A DNA stretch of 61,395 nt, counting the filler, from Choristocarpus tenellus KU-1152 (taxonomy: Eukaryota > Protista > Phaeophyceae), in NCBI GenBank assembly GCA_964200185.2. It is 11 parts of 11 records of this genome, joined end to end, with 100 filler letters (N's around TTAATTAATTAA, not from the genome) between each part and the next. Parts side by side here need not be neighbours in the genome. Positions count along the whole stretch, not along the records: positions 1 to 8,742 come from CAXNAD020004379.1; positions 8,843 to 16,757 come from CAXNAD020005402.1; 9 more parts are not named here. The stretch is one strand, 5' to 3'. How positions within the stretch are numbered: position 1 is the stretch's first letter; each line of letters starts with the position of its first letter. Below are positions 1-12,899 of this stretch, piece by piece. The notes beneath the pieces were generated by a model that worked only from the letters and a program-made list of their open reading frames with translations, had not been told where the DNA came from and ran no database searches. The translations under genes were made by a program, and so were the position numbers.

Positions 1-205
1 GAGTACAACAGGAATTACATGAACAGGTTCCAGGTTGAAGGGTTTGAAGGGAGGGGGGGTGAAAATGGCTACGAAGAGATGACACTTCACCCTGGTTGTG
101 TCTGATTCCCTTCCCCTCCCTACCATGTATTTTCCTTCTACTCCTTGCATCCCCAGTCCTCTCTCTCCCCCTGCTTGCACTCCCTCTCCGTCTCATCCCA
201 CATAC

Positions 206-3200
206 CTTCTTCAAAATGTCCAAAGGATCTGCGCTCACAGAGGTGCTCCTAGTGTGAGATCTACGATTGACTATCGAAGGAATGTCCGCATACAAAACAG
301 CCTGAAAGTGATGTCGCTGACTGACATAGTGGCAGGCCTGCACAGCCACCACTGTCTTGCCCATTCCTCTCTCTCCCGTGATGGTGACACACGCATTGTT
401 GCGCTCCAAAATCGCCTTGACCACAGCCTGTGTATATACAGAGTCGCCTTTTGATTTGACACGTTACAGCAACTTTGTTAGGCAGCAAGCAACATGTTAC
501 AGCTGCCATGTACAGATACACAAAATTCAAAGGATTCTGGAGCATTTATAACTGCCTCTCCATCCAGTTTCATGGGTAAAAAAGTGGGATATCATAGTGA
601 TACTTCTTGTGTGATCTCCGTGCTACTTCTCTTGCTGTCTGAATCATTTGTCAAGGTATAGAGGAGTGCCAAGTCGGGACGATACCTCAAGCTGTCATGT
701 GACATCCCCTGTTTGCCACGGATCACACTGCAGTGGGTCAGGTGGATTACTGTCTTGGTTGGAAATTTTGTTGGTAGGTCTGTTGGTTTATGGTTTATTG
801 CAATGGTCTGCTTTAAGTTCCAACAGCCCTGCGTTCAACTCTTACCCTCCTACACCTCCCTCCAACCTCACATACAGTATACACCTGAAGCTTAGCTTTT
901 CCAAAGAAGAGCTGCCTCTCTGCAGGCACACCAACCATGTATGGCAGTGGGCGGCTCTCCTCTTTGAATGTACCCTTGGGTAGTTTATCAAAAATACAAA
1001 CGTCATGATTCCCACCTTGAATAGCACAATAGACATGAAGGAAGTCCATTCAACGAGTTCAGAGAGGCATGAACAAGAAACTGTTCAAGACACAGGAGAG
1101 TGTGGGGGAGGGCAGCAAGGTATATGTGCCATTGTGACTGCATCCATTCACTCCCGGGTGGTGTGTCTGCTAGTACAGCAAAATAAGGTATTTTCCGTCC
1201 CCAGCAATCCAAACACAGACGTAGGGCTCCACACTTAGATTAGTAGCAACCACTACAATGCATGGTAGGAACAACCTCCTTCAATACCACAAATCTTTAC
1301 ACGTCCTGTACCTAGTTATGCAAAGCACATCATACACATCATACACATCATACACATCATACACATCATACAAGGACTCTGCGAGTATCACTTCGCTAAC
1401 TAAAGACTACCGATAAATTCACACCCCCAACCCCAAAAGAGGGGTCCAGGTCTGAACTAGCAGCTTATTGATATACTTGATATTGGCGGTGGCTATATAT
1501 ATCGCCTTGTGATAACCTCAGCTTGTAGAGCACTTGTCCAAACGTTTTTTCCTCAAGCCACGCTTCCAACACTGATAAGAAATCATGATAGCAACTGCTC
1601 GGCAGCGGTCATCACAGTGCTTCCCTCTCCCTGCGCAAGTCATTATACTTCAACACCAGAGTACTGGTCAGACAAGCTTACCTGGCCCATGAGCAGCCCC
1701 AAACACCTTCTCCTTGGTTAGCAACTCACCGGGGACTTCTTACATGACACCATTTCATCAAACCCAATCCTTTCATAAGGGCTGCTTTGAAAGACAAAAA
1801 AAGACTGATGCCTTGTTAACAACCAGCCAAGTGTGGAAATCCATTCTCAACAGCTATGACCTTTTTGGCACAGGTTCAAGCCTTAGACAAGAACATAACA
1901 AAATGTAAAAATAATACACAAAATATATACATCAAATTGAAAAATGGACCACAGTAATGTAACAGCTATGTGCAGCTTTTGCATGCAGTATTGCCTTATT
2001 ATTTGAGCACACCCAGTGTCATAGTCCCCATCACCCAGTGTATCACTCCTACAATAAAAGCAACATGACAACATTTTGTTAGGAACAATGCCCCTGGAAA
2101 AAGCACTTGCCACCTCTTAGAATAAATAAATTAAACATTCCCATTATAATTCTATTTTAAAGTATCACATTTTTTTTCTCAATGCCAACTTTTGCAGTAG
2201 ATAGTTAAGATGGGAACATGCTATAAGCCATCAGGAACAATCCAACCAATTAGAACCTTTATGATAGTGGTCAACTATGACCTGATCTCAAAATGTATTT
2301 TCTTAATCTAAACTTTTTCCGCCTTTCTACAATTTCTTCATTTCAGCCATGTGCAGAGCACATTCCTAATGCTTAGCACTATTGACAAGACAAAAATTAT
2401 TGTATCAACGGAAGCTCCTTGGTTCTGCTATCTGCACACACACACAAGAATTACAGTGATCTTCAACCCCAACAGCCCTTCCATCCTCTTCCTCCTATGC
2501 AATCCAAACACCTTTGGCAGAAAAATATCTGTACTTCAACAAATATCTGCACTTCAACAATAACAATCATGTGTACCTGGCTTACAGCTCTCATCCCACA
2601 AGGAAATACCCAATCAAATTACACTGCAGTCAAGCCAAAGGGCAACACTCACCACGAGGCAGGAGCAGAAAATTTTCCCCCTCTAACGAGGTCGCGTTCA
2701 CAGTCTTCACACCAACATCAAAGGCACCTTGCACAGTGTATCGACCCACAATCAAAGCGTCGTAAAAGACCCGAGAAAATGTTTGAGCCGCTTGATCTTT
2801 TTTGTTGCAATGGTTGCAGTCCCATCAAAGTGGTGGCGCAAGGTGATGCAAAGGGACAGGGGGAAGGTGGCCTGTGAGTATACACCTGGACGCACACATT
2901 CCTCACCAACAAAATTGCTCAGAAAATTTCTATCTATTCCTCACTACATATCCTATTGAATTAAACAGACATCCCAACTCCCCCTTCCTTCAACCCCCTT
3001 TGACCCTCCACCCTCCACTCTCCAGCCTCCACTCTCCAGCCTCCACTCTACCTTCAGGCGGGAACCTACCTCTGGCCCAACATTAGTCCCACCTGTCACC
3101 CGTTCATGGAACTTGACAGCAACGACATGGGGCACCCCAGCACCAACAAACGCTTGCCCACTGTCCTCTGAATTGCAGGAACTGACAAACACCAACTGCG

Positions 3201-5995
3201 TACGGACCCTTTCCTCTCCGCCTGCTTGAAACAGTCCCTCGAGCCTGACCACCTGATCCATTTGTGGAAGTTGTGGGAGGGAGGGCAGAGCGTTCAAGAA
3301 CAGGGTTAACCACCCAAGTAAGCTTGATATAATGTCAAATTCAAATCACCCCATTGTTTCTAGGGCTTTTCATCAGGCCCGGCAAGTGCTAAGGAACCAG
3401 AGTGCAGGCCAGACCGGTTCCAGTTTAAATATATATATATGAGGTCAACGATTTATTGGAACCTGTCTGGTCCAGTCCACAGGTTGGACCGGTTCCAATA
3501 CTTTCTGTCCTGCAGCCACACCATCACGTAGATGCTACAAGAGCAACATAATCAAATCCTATAAAAATATCACAATCAATCTCGGCAGGGTGGCTGAAGG
3601 AATGTATAAAACACACTCTTATTCCCCCCTATACTTGGGATGAGTTGGGAAGTATTTTGATCAGGCCTGCACAATTCATTTTGGAACAAGCCAAGCAAAC
3701 AGAACATTCTTTCTTATCCATGGAAGTCAACTATTTCAATATGGCTAGATCACAGGTCGACCTAGTACAATATATTCGAACAGGGTCAGTCCATATCCGT
3801 CAACTGTATCAACATGTCCAGGCCACAGGTCAGCCCGTGACCGTGGCCTGAACCCTGGCCATGCCAACTGCCTGGACTGATGAAAAGTTCTATTTGTTTC
3901 TCAAGTCGTTGGTTTCCAAATAAAAGAAAAGTGTTGTTGGCTTCTTTCTTCGTATTTCCATTACGACATAGGGTTAGCGTTAGGGTTTACTATAGCGCAT
4001 GTACCTTCTTATAAACTGGAATGACAGCATGGATAGCAAGAATTCTTTGACATCATTTCAAAGTCTCAATGTTGTTTTCACTACTATCATTGCACCCTTA
4101 GTGGAAATACAATTTTAGTATGGTGTCAAACGATACTGTCTCATAGCATAAGACAGTCAGTAGAATCACACGTTTCAACTTCTACTACTAGGACACTGCC
4201 AAACACTGCCAGACAGCAGATACTACATGTGTGTGTAAGAATCCTGGTTCTTGGCGAATGATGTCCACACCAAGGTTCACGGGTTCCTGAACAAGACAAC
4301 GAGGGGAATACTGTCCACACAACAAAGAGGATATGATACCATCTTAGAATCTACCTCAGTACCCTGACACCACACTCTGGATGTCTCAAAAATAATCCTT
4401 GGAGTTTGAAAGGTATTGACTTGAAACTGCTATGTTATTTTTTAGAAGGAACAACATTGAAAATACTTGCAGTGGTAGAAACCTATTTAGGATCAACTCT
4501 GATTCAACACTAAAACATGGTGTTCAAACCCGAATCAATCTTATCAAAAGATACGATGTGGGATCCACAGATTATAATGAGTTTCTGTTGACCCTATTGA
4601 CACGAAACTCACTCTGTTGCATACTTGAGGATTATGTGGCTCTAGTCTGAGTAGAGGACATACTTCGAAAATATTTCTTGGCACAGAGGTCATGCCATGT
4701 TCTGCTTGGACAGGTAACTTCACAACTCTCAAGATTCATAAGAGAAAGTGTAGGCAGAAAAACAGCCATATAACTGCAACGTCTTGCACAATTTGAGTTT
4801 CCTTGTCCACAATGAGTACCATGACACATTGCCTTCCGTGCTTTTCACTCTGGTTCTTGATAATATTCACGTACCAAAGACTTAAATTTCTCATATCACA
4901 CAGACTTGTGGACAATGTGTTCATAGAAGCGGGCATGACATTTTAGCATGGGGTCTAACATCATTCTGCGAGAGAGTAACCTATAACAAAATTTGGGTTA
5001 TATCATATTGGCTGAGAAAAACTTTTCGGGACTTCAACAAGGTTGCACCAGGTACCCTACAGGGACAAAGGACAGGATCAGTCATAGCATTTTGATACGA
5101 TGCCTCCAATAGTGATGGTTGTCTCAACACCACACTTGAGAGAGAGGGTTATCAAATGTGTGATACTGTTGACATGTCTCTTTGTAACCTCTATCGTAAG
5201 GACAATGCAATGGTGATCAGGAAGCCGTAAGCGTATCAAAGCTTACACTCAGCATCTGATCGATGCAGGTTCAGTCAGAACCCCATGCAATATACGTGAC
5301 CCTTGATGTATGTGCCAAAGCAAGCAAAGTATTGCCAGTGTTGTATGCCGTATAGTGTGTGCAGGTCTTGGATTCAACACGTAGTATTTACTTGCGCCAG
5401 TGTCCCTTACAAACCTTACTACCCCCATTCCAGACTTTGGACCTCCCTCATCAAACCTTCTCACCGAAAGAGGTTCCATCAGTCCAATTTTTTTGTCTTC
5501 GTCTGATTCGAAAGCCAAGTAATCTTGGTGACCGTGACCAGAATAGTGGAGCATGAAACATCCAGAGGTGAGTAACTCCCGTAGGTTAGAGGCTGTTGCG
5601 ACTGCCCGCCTTAGCACGATAACACACTTGGCCTCCCGCAGCTTATTTCGGATCATGTTGAGCTCCTTCGAAAACGGTCGAAGCGGGAGGATAACTGGCT
5701 CAGTTATTTCATTGTGTGTTGATTCCTATCAGACTGCACATTTGCGGAAGAAATACAGCAAGAATAAGGGAGGGGTATCCAAAAACAGAGGAAAAAGATC
5801 ACTTTCTTCAAGCTCATCTCTAGATATTTTGGATAGCTACATCATATTGTAAATATTTAGACCCACCTCCGTTGTACCTAGGTCATCAACCTCTAACTTC
5901 TCACGACTTGGTTGAATCAATGGTTTGGAATAGAGATATCCCAGCCTTGAAAGACGATCACCAGTCCAGTTGCCTTCACCATTTAATGTGCCCAT
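206..5995 (-). CDS. CHAT (caspase-like) protease + STAND/NB-ARC-like P-loop NTPase; multi-exon, continues past the left window edge
   Basis: Phase-compatible GT-AG exons 5995-5867, 5665-5465, 3252-3093, 2796-2653, 1015-885, 427-206. Translation includes LGYLYSKPL..EELNMIR..MLHYSGHG (catalytic His)..LVFVSSCNSEDSG (catalytic Cys)..GVPHVVAV..DQAAQTFSRVFYDAL..FLLLPRGGNHDVCIF..LFFGK..CVTITGERGMGKT (Walker A). The ATG at 5995 is tentative. Confidence 0.85.
1326..1372 (+). repeat. 9-bp tandem repeat (CACATCATA)x5, intronic
   Basis: Direct reading. Confidence 0.85.
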
Positions 5996-6345
5996 CAGCT
6001 GATACGGTGGTCGTTGGTCCTCCCACTCCACCTCCCTACTTTGCTCCAATACTTTCCCCTCTTGAAACTCGATAGTAGTGTGAACTTGTTGATATGGAAG
6101 TTATTCCGAGAGTGTTTATTATGATATCTCATTAAGTAATTCAGGAATGGTCTGAGAAAGGAGACTGTACATTATTATTGATATGATAGAAAGGCACTTT
6201 TCAATATATATCTTACCCAATCATCCAAAGAAGTTGTAAGTTGTGTCAAGGTTTGGTAAAAACCCTTTGGTCCTGTCTCTATACACGAATAAATCGGTCA
6301 GTTTCCAGTTCCTACTACTATCACTATACTAGTTTTGAGGTTGGT

Positions 6346-7578
6346 ATGCAGTCGTTCGGGGTAGCAAGAAGAGCAGTTGGCTGCAGTGGACGGCTACGTG
6401 TGGCATCCATTAAGTCTGTAAGGGAGGGGAGAACTACCCTTTTGGTCAATGGGCAAGGTCTCGGTCATCATGAAGGCATCCACAGGAATTTTCAAGATTG
6501 GGCAACGAATAGAAGAGGAAGTGAAGCTGGAGGTGATGTAAAATCGAACAGAAGCCGCTACAGGACGCCTCTGGCTCCACGTTCTATCGCGGAATGGACA
6601 CGACCTCGGAAGGTTCTGACCGTCACTCCGCAGCACCACCTGGTTGATTGCAGGGCATATCGAGTGAAGATCAAACCTGCCGTTGAAATGCTCGAAATTC
6701 GGCGCCAACCAAAGGCTGGAAGGTGGTGGCGAGATCAATCCACAAGATCAAGTGGTGGTCCACCATTACATGCGACTACGCTGCGCTCTGGAGTCCGATG
6801 GATGGCAAACTGGGGATCCCAGAGGAGAGAGGTAAGCGAAGGTGAAGCAAAAGGAAAGGGAGAACACCAACAGGGGCCTGTCAACCCGCGCTTGAAGCAG
6901 GACCATCGTCGAGTGGTGGGGAAGAGTATGGGCGTTGAGGATGGAGGACTTGGTGCAGCAAAGCACCAGGTGAAGCATAGGGTAACAGAGAAAGTAGGAA
7001 TCAAGGTTGCTGAGAGGGTAGCAGAAAGAGTAGTCGAAACAGCAGAGGAAGTTGCTGTTAAGGTGGGAGAGCGATCAGCAAAGACTGCTGGCCGAAAAAT
7101 TCTAACAAGGTTCCCAGTTTTAGCCCACATATCGGAGCACATTGTTGGGCGTGTGGGCCGTGGTGCTCTGATTTCATTACCAGTCATCGGCGGGGTCTTT
7201 GCAGCGTGGATCGGGAGGAGTGACTGGCACAGGACGGTGGCTGAGATTGACAGGGGAAACCATGCAGCTGTTGCGTGCTTTGCCGGCGCAACATCTGCCG
7301 ATGCCATTGACGCTGCTGCGCATTTTGTTGTGGCATATGGGATGTTTGAGGGGTGGCCGGATCAGGTGATCCTTGATGCCTGGAATGTGAGCCTTGTCAG
7401 TGCTGTGGTCTCAACCACAGGGGCAGTGGCAGGAGAAATCTTGTGCAAAAGGCAGGTTGACATTTCTGGGAAAGCAGATAGAAAAGGGGCACAAAGGAGT
7501 GATAGGCTCAAAGAAAACCCTCCATGCTCACAGGGTAAAGGAGGTTCTCGCCCCCCCAGTGCTGGACCAGGTGTGTAG
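6346..7578 (+). CDS. Intronless hypothetical protein (410 aa from ATG 6346): basic N-terminus, AERV-like helical repeats, hydrophobic Gly/Ala-rich C-terminal helices
   Basis: Longest ORF in the window (6241-7578 open). Contains VAERVAERVVETAEEVAVKVGERSA, GRGALISLPVIGGVFAAWIG, CFAGATSADAIDAAAHFVVAYG and VSLVSAVVSTTGAVAGE. Divergent from the CHAT gene. Confidence 0.7.
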   Translation: MQSFGVARRAVGCSGRLRVASIKSVREGRTTLLVNGQGLGHHEGIHRNFQDWATNRRGSEAGGDVKSNRSRYRTPLAPRSIAEWTRPRKVLTVTPQHHLVDCRAYRVKIKPAVEMLEIRRQPKAGRWWRDQSTRSSGGPPLHATTLRSGVRWMANWGSQRREVSEGEAKGKGEHQQGPVNPRLKQDHRRVVGKSMGVEDGGLGAAKHQVKHRVTEKVGIKVAERVAERVVETAEEVAVKVGERSAKTAGRKILTRFPVLAHISEHIVGRVGRGALISLPVIGGVFAAWIGRSDWHRTVAEIDRGNHAAVACFAGATSADAIDAAAHFVVAYGMFEGWPDQVILDAWNVSLVSAVVSTTGAVAGEILCKRQVDISGKADRKGAQRSDRLKENPPCSQGKGGSRPPSAGPGV

Positions 7579-8679
7579 ATCAACCTGCATGGTTGATAGG
7601 GCTTGGTGACTTTCATTTATTGGACTTCTCAACTGATTCTTGATCTATGCAAAGGAGAAGGCTTGCTTTTTCATAATGTATAGTTTTAATATTTCATCAG
7701 ATCAGACTGTAAGTGTTGCAATTATTCAAGTACAGCATTTTGTTGTGATCAACCCTTCTCAAGAGGTTTGTTCTATCATCACCTCCTTGGCTCATGGCCT
7801 GTGGTAGGAATAGGGCAGTACCTATCTTTGTAACATTTGTGAGATGTAGATGATCCAATTTGTGATACCCTTATTTCATTTTCTAGATACCATGCAGGAA
7901 GCACTAGCGTTCGCACTTGGTGTCTCCTTGGTGAACTTTTTGCCTTGACCTCTGATGTGAAGTCAATAAATAGGCCTCACCCAACAGCAGTCAGATGGGT
8001 GGTAGGTTCACTTTTCCAGACCTATGAATCTAACAATTCCCAAAAGACCTGTGCCTGTCATTTTTGTATGTGCTTCCCGATTTCTCCAAATCGTTTCTCC
8101 ATGCTCCCTTCCTCTCAAGGAAGAAAAAGATGAGACTCAACCTTAGTCTTCCAAACCCCAGCCAACAAACAGCATTAGACTTGCTTCCTCCAGGCTAAGC
8201 ACCACCCACTCATGATGTACCTGGGGCTTTATATTGTCGTCTCATTCTCTGCTGAAAACTTGTCTAAAGCTTGTATGTTGCCATGGTGCTTGTGGTTGAT
8301 GTAACTAGCCCTCCCCCCTGCCCAACTCGTTCTCTGCCTGCTCTACTCTTATCCTTGGGTGCTTAATACAGTTGACCTCCGAGACTGTCCCATTAGGTAA
8401 GGGTTAATGAATTGCCTCCACTCCTCGGCAGCACTAGCACAAGAACAGCGCAAGCTCCACCCCCAGCCCCTCCTCTGTCTCCCATAAGCATTTCCCAAAA
8501 CACAAGATGTTACCTGGCTAGTGGCCTAATCCCCATTCCTTCATCCCAGGTCACATCCTCCAGTCCAGTGCTCGTACCCATTGAATCGAGCAGTGAAGCT
8601 TATTCCTCGCCAGTCCCATTGGCGGATAGATCCACTCCTCTTGAACTGCAACCTGTAATCAGCTGGGCACCTTACACCA

Positions 8680-8742
8680 GAGTGAAACTATCTTAGAGGG
8701 TACGAATTTTTCCCTGTTTGTCCATTTGTGGGGCTTGGCTTC
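8680..8742. mobile_element. MITE (long subfamily) end at contig break
   Basis: gagtgaaactatcttagagggtacgaatttttccctgtttgtcc matches the copies starting at 53427 and 61160. Confidence 0.75.
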
Positions 8743-8842
8743 NNNNNNNNNNNNNNNNNNNNNNNNNNNNNNNNNNNNNNNNNNNNTTAATTAATTAANN
8801 NNNNNNNNNNNNNNNNNNNNNNNNNNNNNNNNNNNNNNNNNN
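8743..8842. other. Artificial contig linker N44-TTAATTAATTAA-N44; also at 16758-16857, 21324-21423, 26540-26639, 31700-31799, 43551-43650, 46995-47094, 49738-49837, 52584-52683, 57593-57692
   Basis: Identical 100-bp spacer with stops in all six frames, ten times. Confidence 0.98.
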
Positions 8843-8898
8843 CCAACTGAACATCCCCTCCCCACTCCCACCCAATACCCCCACCTTTCCTTCCACAG

Positions 8899-9084
8899 GC
8901 CACTTCGCCCCTGATGACTCATCAATAGTGGATGAAGTGTGGTTCATTGTTGCATTTTCTATTGGAGGAATCGTTTTGGTAGGTTGCTGCATCGCCTGTA
9001 TAGCCAAAACGAGGGGAAGCCCAGGCCGCAGTGGGACTCAGCTGAAGCAAAATCCCCATGCCAATGCGAAATACTTCAAGGAAA
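8899..9084 (+). CDS. Internal exon of a single-pass membrane protein
   Basis: Pyrimidine-rich ccacag acceptor and GTGAGT donor. Encodes HFAPDDSSIVDEVWFIVAFSIGGIVLVGCCIACIAKTRG..., a TM helix followed by Cys and basic residues. Confidence 0.6.
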
Positions 9085-9636
9085 GTGAGTTCAACCGGGT
9101 GGGGGGGTTGCTTTTATACTCCATTGTAATTTCAGAGGATAGAAACTAGTTAGTTTAAACACAGGCACGTACGTACCCCACCTGGCATAACCTATCCCTT
9201 GTATCAGTGGGCACAGGTCATCCCTGCTAACACCATACGTTACCTGCCCTTTCTGTTTTCCCTTCCTCCCCAAATGTTGTATTTAATACCTGTTAACTCT
9301 CTATTGATAAAACTCTGGTCATCTACCCTCAAGATACTTCTCAAGGTACAGAATCCCAAGGTTCTCAAGCATAGTGTACACAGGGCGAGGATCTTGGGAA
9401 GGAAGGTACTTGTTAGTACATAATCCACATTGGTATTACTGTTCAGAAGGATCTATGCATCATTGCATTACTAGGTTGTACCAGTACCTCCAATTTGGTA
9501 ATGCTAAATTCATGAGAAGACCTGTTCCTTCATCCTCTGGGTTTCGGGAGATGCTCTGAGGGGTATGATCAAGGTTATGTTGTGTCACAGGGACTTCAGT
9601 TTACTTTTTGAATTGTCTCACGAAGTACAAGTGACA

Positions 9637-9909
9637 AGTATTTTTGCCCTAGGGCACAACGGGATAGCAAATATTGGTTTGTTTTTTGGTTGTCTTCAAG
9701 CCCCCCTAAAGTAGGTGACTGTGGCAAATGTTTTTTGCATGTTTTCTGTGTAGAATATCAGGTGGCGTTGAAAATGGGAGTAAGTATTTTATTTTAGTCC
9801 CAGGGCACAATGGAAGAGCAAATATTGGTTTGTTGTTTGTTGTCTTCGAGCCCCCCTAAGTAGACGACCGTGGCAAATGTTTCTAGCGTGTGTTCTGTGT
9901 AGAACTATC
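9637..9909 (+). repeat. Diverged ~145-bp tandem duplication
   Basis: agggcacaa..gcaaatattggtttgtt..ttgtcttc.agcccccctaa..gtggcaaatgttt occurs twice. Confidence 0.8.
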
Positions 9910-12899
9910 TTGGTAGCATCGAACATTGGAGATGCGGGTTTGACTTCATTACATTTACCCTGTTTTGCTGTAATGTCGTGGGAAGGCGTTATAGGTGTGA
10001 AGGTTTTGCTTTTTTTTCTCCGTGAGACAGGATCATGGTATTATAAAGTTTATCAGCAACAGAGGGTGAAAGTACGTGTTGCAAAGATTTGTGACATAAT
10101 TGGATGTGATCTCTATTTAGATAGGGGAGTCAGCCTTTCTGGCTTCTAATTTTTGATGTCTATCTTTATATGATTGTGATGTAGGGAGGTGGGGGTGAGA
10201 GTTATGTACACTACTAATATTTCAACTTCAGCGAGTTCTTTTTGTTGTGCTTAAATCTATTTTCAAAGCGATTTAGTGTATGGCACATTTCGGGCATGTT
10301 TTAGTGTCTGATGTTTTCAAAACTCTTCTGGCAGGAGGGGGGGGTGAGGGTCAGGGTGATCACGTTAAATCACCCAATCGGGTGTGTGATGGAGTGGGAT
10401 TGATACCTTGTTGTTCAGTGAAGTACAGCGAGGTAAACCAACATTTTGTGTTTGTTTTTATTTAGTGCTAGGAGGTTACGGTCTTGCATGGATACATCCT
10501 AAATGAAAAATGACTTTGATGGGTTGACATGGGTGTTGATGGGAATTGTAGCGTGCTTGATGGCCTGTACTACCTGCGCTGGTCAGCAAGTGTGATGGGG
10601 ACCTCTTGATGGATGGTATCCTTTATGTAATGGATGATGGAAGTCAGGGCCTATGCTCACAGGCGGGGGTTGCTATTTCCCTTGCGGTTGCTTGTTAGCA
10701 TCTGAGGGATGTATAGAGCAAGACTGTTGGGGTGTGGGAAGGAGTTGACTCCTTGTGCGCTTGGTCAGGGCAGTTGTGCAGTGTGATCTAGAATGTTAAG
10801 GCTACAACGCGATGGTTGGATGAGATAAGTTTATTTAGGGGGTATCGAAATTGAGACAATATCATGAGGTTGATTTTGACAATAGGAAGATAAAAAAGTG
10901 TACTGTTTTGCTCCGATTTTGTTGAAAGCTTGTTTGGAATTTTCTGAGGAGGTGCTTGTCTTCCAGACAAAAAAATCTTTCCATTTGAACAAACTTGGTT
11001 TCTTGTGATTGACATTTCTCTCAGTTGTGGTGTGAGAAGGTTCCCTTTTTGTTGTTTTCTCCACCACTGCAAGCGTGTTTTTTCAACTCTTATGCAACTG
11101 CACTTCATTCTTGGATCATTCTGAGCAATATGTAGATATACATGTCCTTATTACCAAAACCTGTCAAGTGTATTCCAGATAATGCTTGATTCAAGTTAAA
11201 TAAATCGTGCACTTTTACTCCTGAGGCACAATCAATTGCTTTGGTATAGGGCGAGGTTCACTTTCTATATCATTTCCAGACATCTTGAGAGCAGCAAGAA
11301 ACATACGACTGGGCTGAATCTCACCAACTTTTTGCCTCACACACATACATAGTTCTGACTCTGATATAGTACATATTAGCAGTACCTGTTTGTTACTTGA
11401 ATAGTTGTGTATATAGTACAACTATAATCTATCTTCATTGTGGGGGAATTATGATAATACATTTAGGCCTTGAAGATAGCATTATGAAACTATTCCATGT
11501 TCCAAGACAGCAAAAAAACATTTTTTTCCCCAATCACTTCCTTTTCTCTTCCAATGCAATATCTACCTGCCCTTCACAAGTACTACTTCCATCATTATTG
11601 AGTTGTCTACTGGAGATTATATGGTCTTTACTGTGGCATCTGTGTCCTTACTTTTTTCTACCAATATTACAAGAGTCAGATAAATATCCTTGTCCCATCT
11701 ATTTCGTAGTTACGTGAAAGGTATTAATAGTTGCTTCTTGCTAGAACCGAAGTGATACTTGTAACAATCATTAGACCCTCTCTTCCCTCCAGTCTCCTTC
11801 TACCAGCAATCCGAAAATTCTTTGTTTTCAACCTTGTTGAGGGGGGTGGTTAACTCAGAATGGGACATTTTTTTTTTTCTAGCAGACCCCCGACTGGTGA
11901 TGACTTCATCAGTAAGTCAGGATTTCCCTATTGAGTGGTCACTTGGAGATCAAAATTAGGCACGGACACCACACCTTCAAAGGTTGAACAGGTACCTCAA
12001 TCATCAGACACAGGCAGGCACAGACCCCTGGTGGCATAGTCCACCCCTTCCACCCAAACCAAAAGGTTATCTCTGCCTTCCCTACACAGCTCCCGTGTCT
12101 GTTCACCTCTGGTGCTTCTGGAGCACTGTGACTGCTAGTTGGTGGAGCTTCTCGTTCTCGTTTCCTAGCACCCACAATGCAATCTCCTGTCCCTATTCTC
12201 CTGGTATTGCTGGAACACCTCAGTTGCTTGGTTGTGGATGTTCTACTCTTTATCCCCCAGTACAACCCCAACAAGATCACTGAGACTCGCCCTCTCGCAG
12301 ATCATTCTAATCTATCCAAAAACGAGGAAGAAGTGATTAAGTCTTACTATGACTCAGTCTGGGTGGGGGAGCCTAGATCTTACTCACCAGAAGCAAATGT
12401 GGCAACGTATTGTGAATAGGTCCAATGCAATTCAATGATTACTTCCTATTTTCTCCATCCAAACCCGGATTTGGTTGGATGGAGTTGGGAACCACAACAT
12501 TCATCCATCATACATGAAGGAATGAAGTGGACACACTATTGTAATCGGAAATATATTATTAGGTACAATAGGTGGTGCAAGGATAGTGTTCATTATTACT
12601 TCTCACTTTATGTTAATAGCTCTGGAGACTATCCAAACCATGGTCAGAGGCCCTACACACTGCTGAACTACTTTTCATCATAAAAACTAAAATATGTTGC
12701 AGTACAACTAATTGTACTGCATTGATTCCTGCCTTGCTTCATGCACATTGAGTTGAGCACTCCAAGTAGTTGTCACCCGTCTGCTCCCTTCAATAGTGCG
12801 CTTCCACATTGGTCTTGATCCAGTATTTGGCATGGTATAGTCACAAAAGAAACGTATTTAATGGTGGTAGAATATGTAGATGTACAATCCGTTGACCTT

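Noticed and set aside
1682-1738. Candidate extra CHAT-gene exon (EVPGELLTKEKVFGAAHGP) with a GTAAG donor
   Set aside because: Not needed: exon 2796-2653 joins 1015-885 in phase with a sensible motif. Could be an optional exon but is unsupported.
6394-7616. Minus-strand ORFs of 114, 190 and 84 aa
   Set aside because: Antisense shadows of the 6346-7578 ORF; likewise 18361-18852 (Deg1) and 56237-56803 (GT41)
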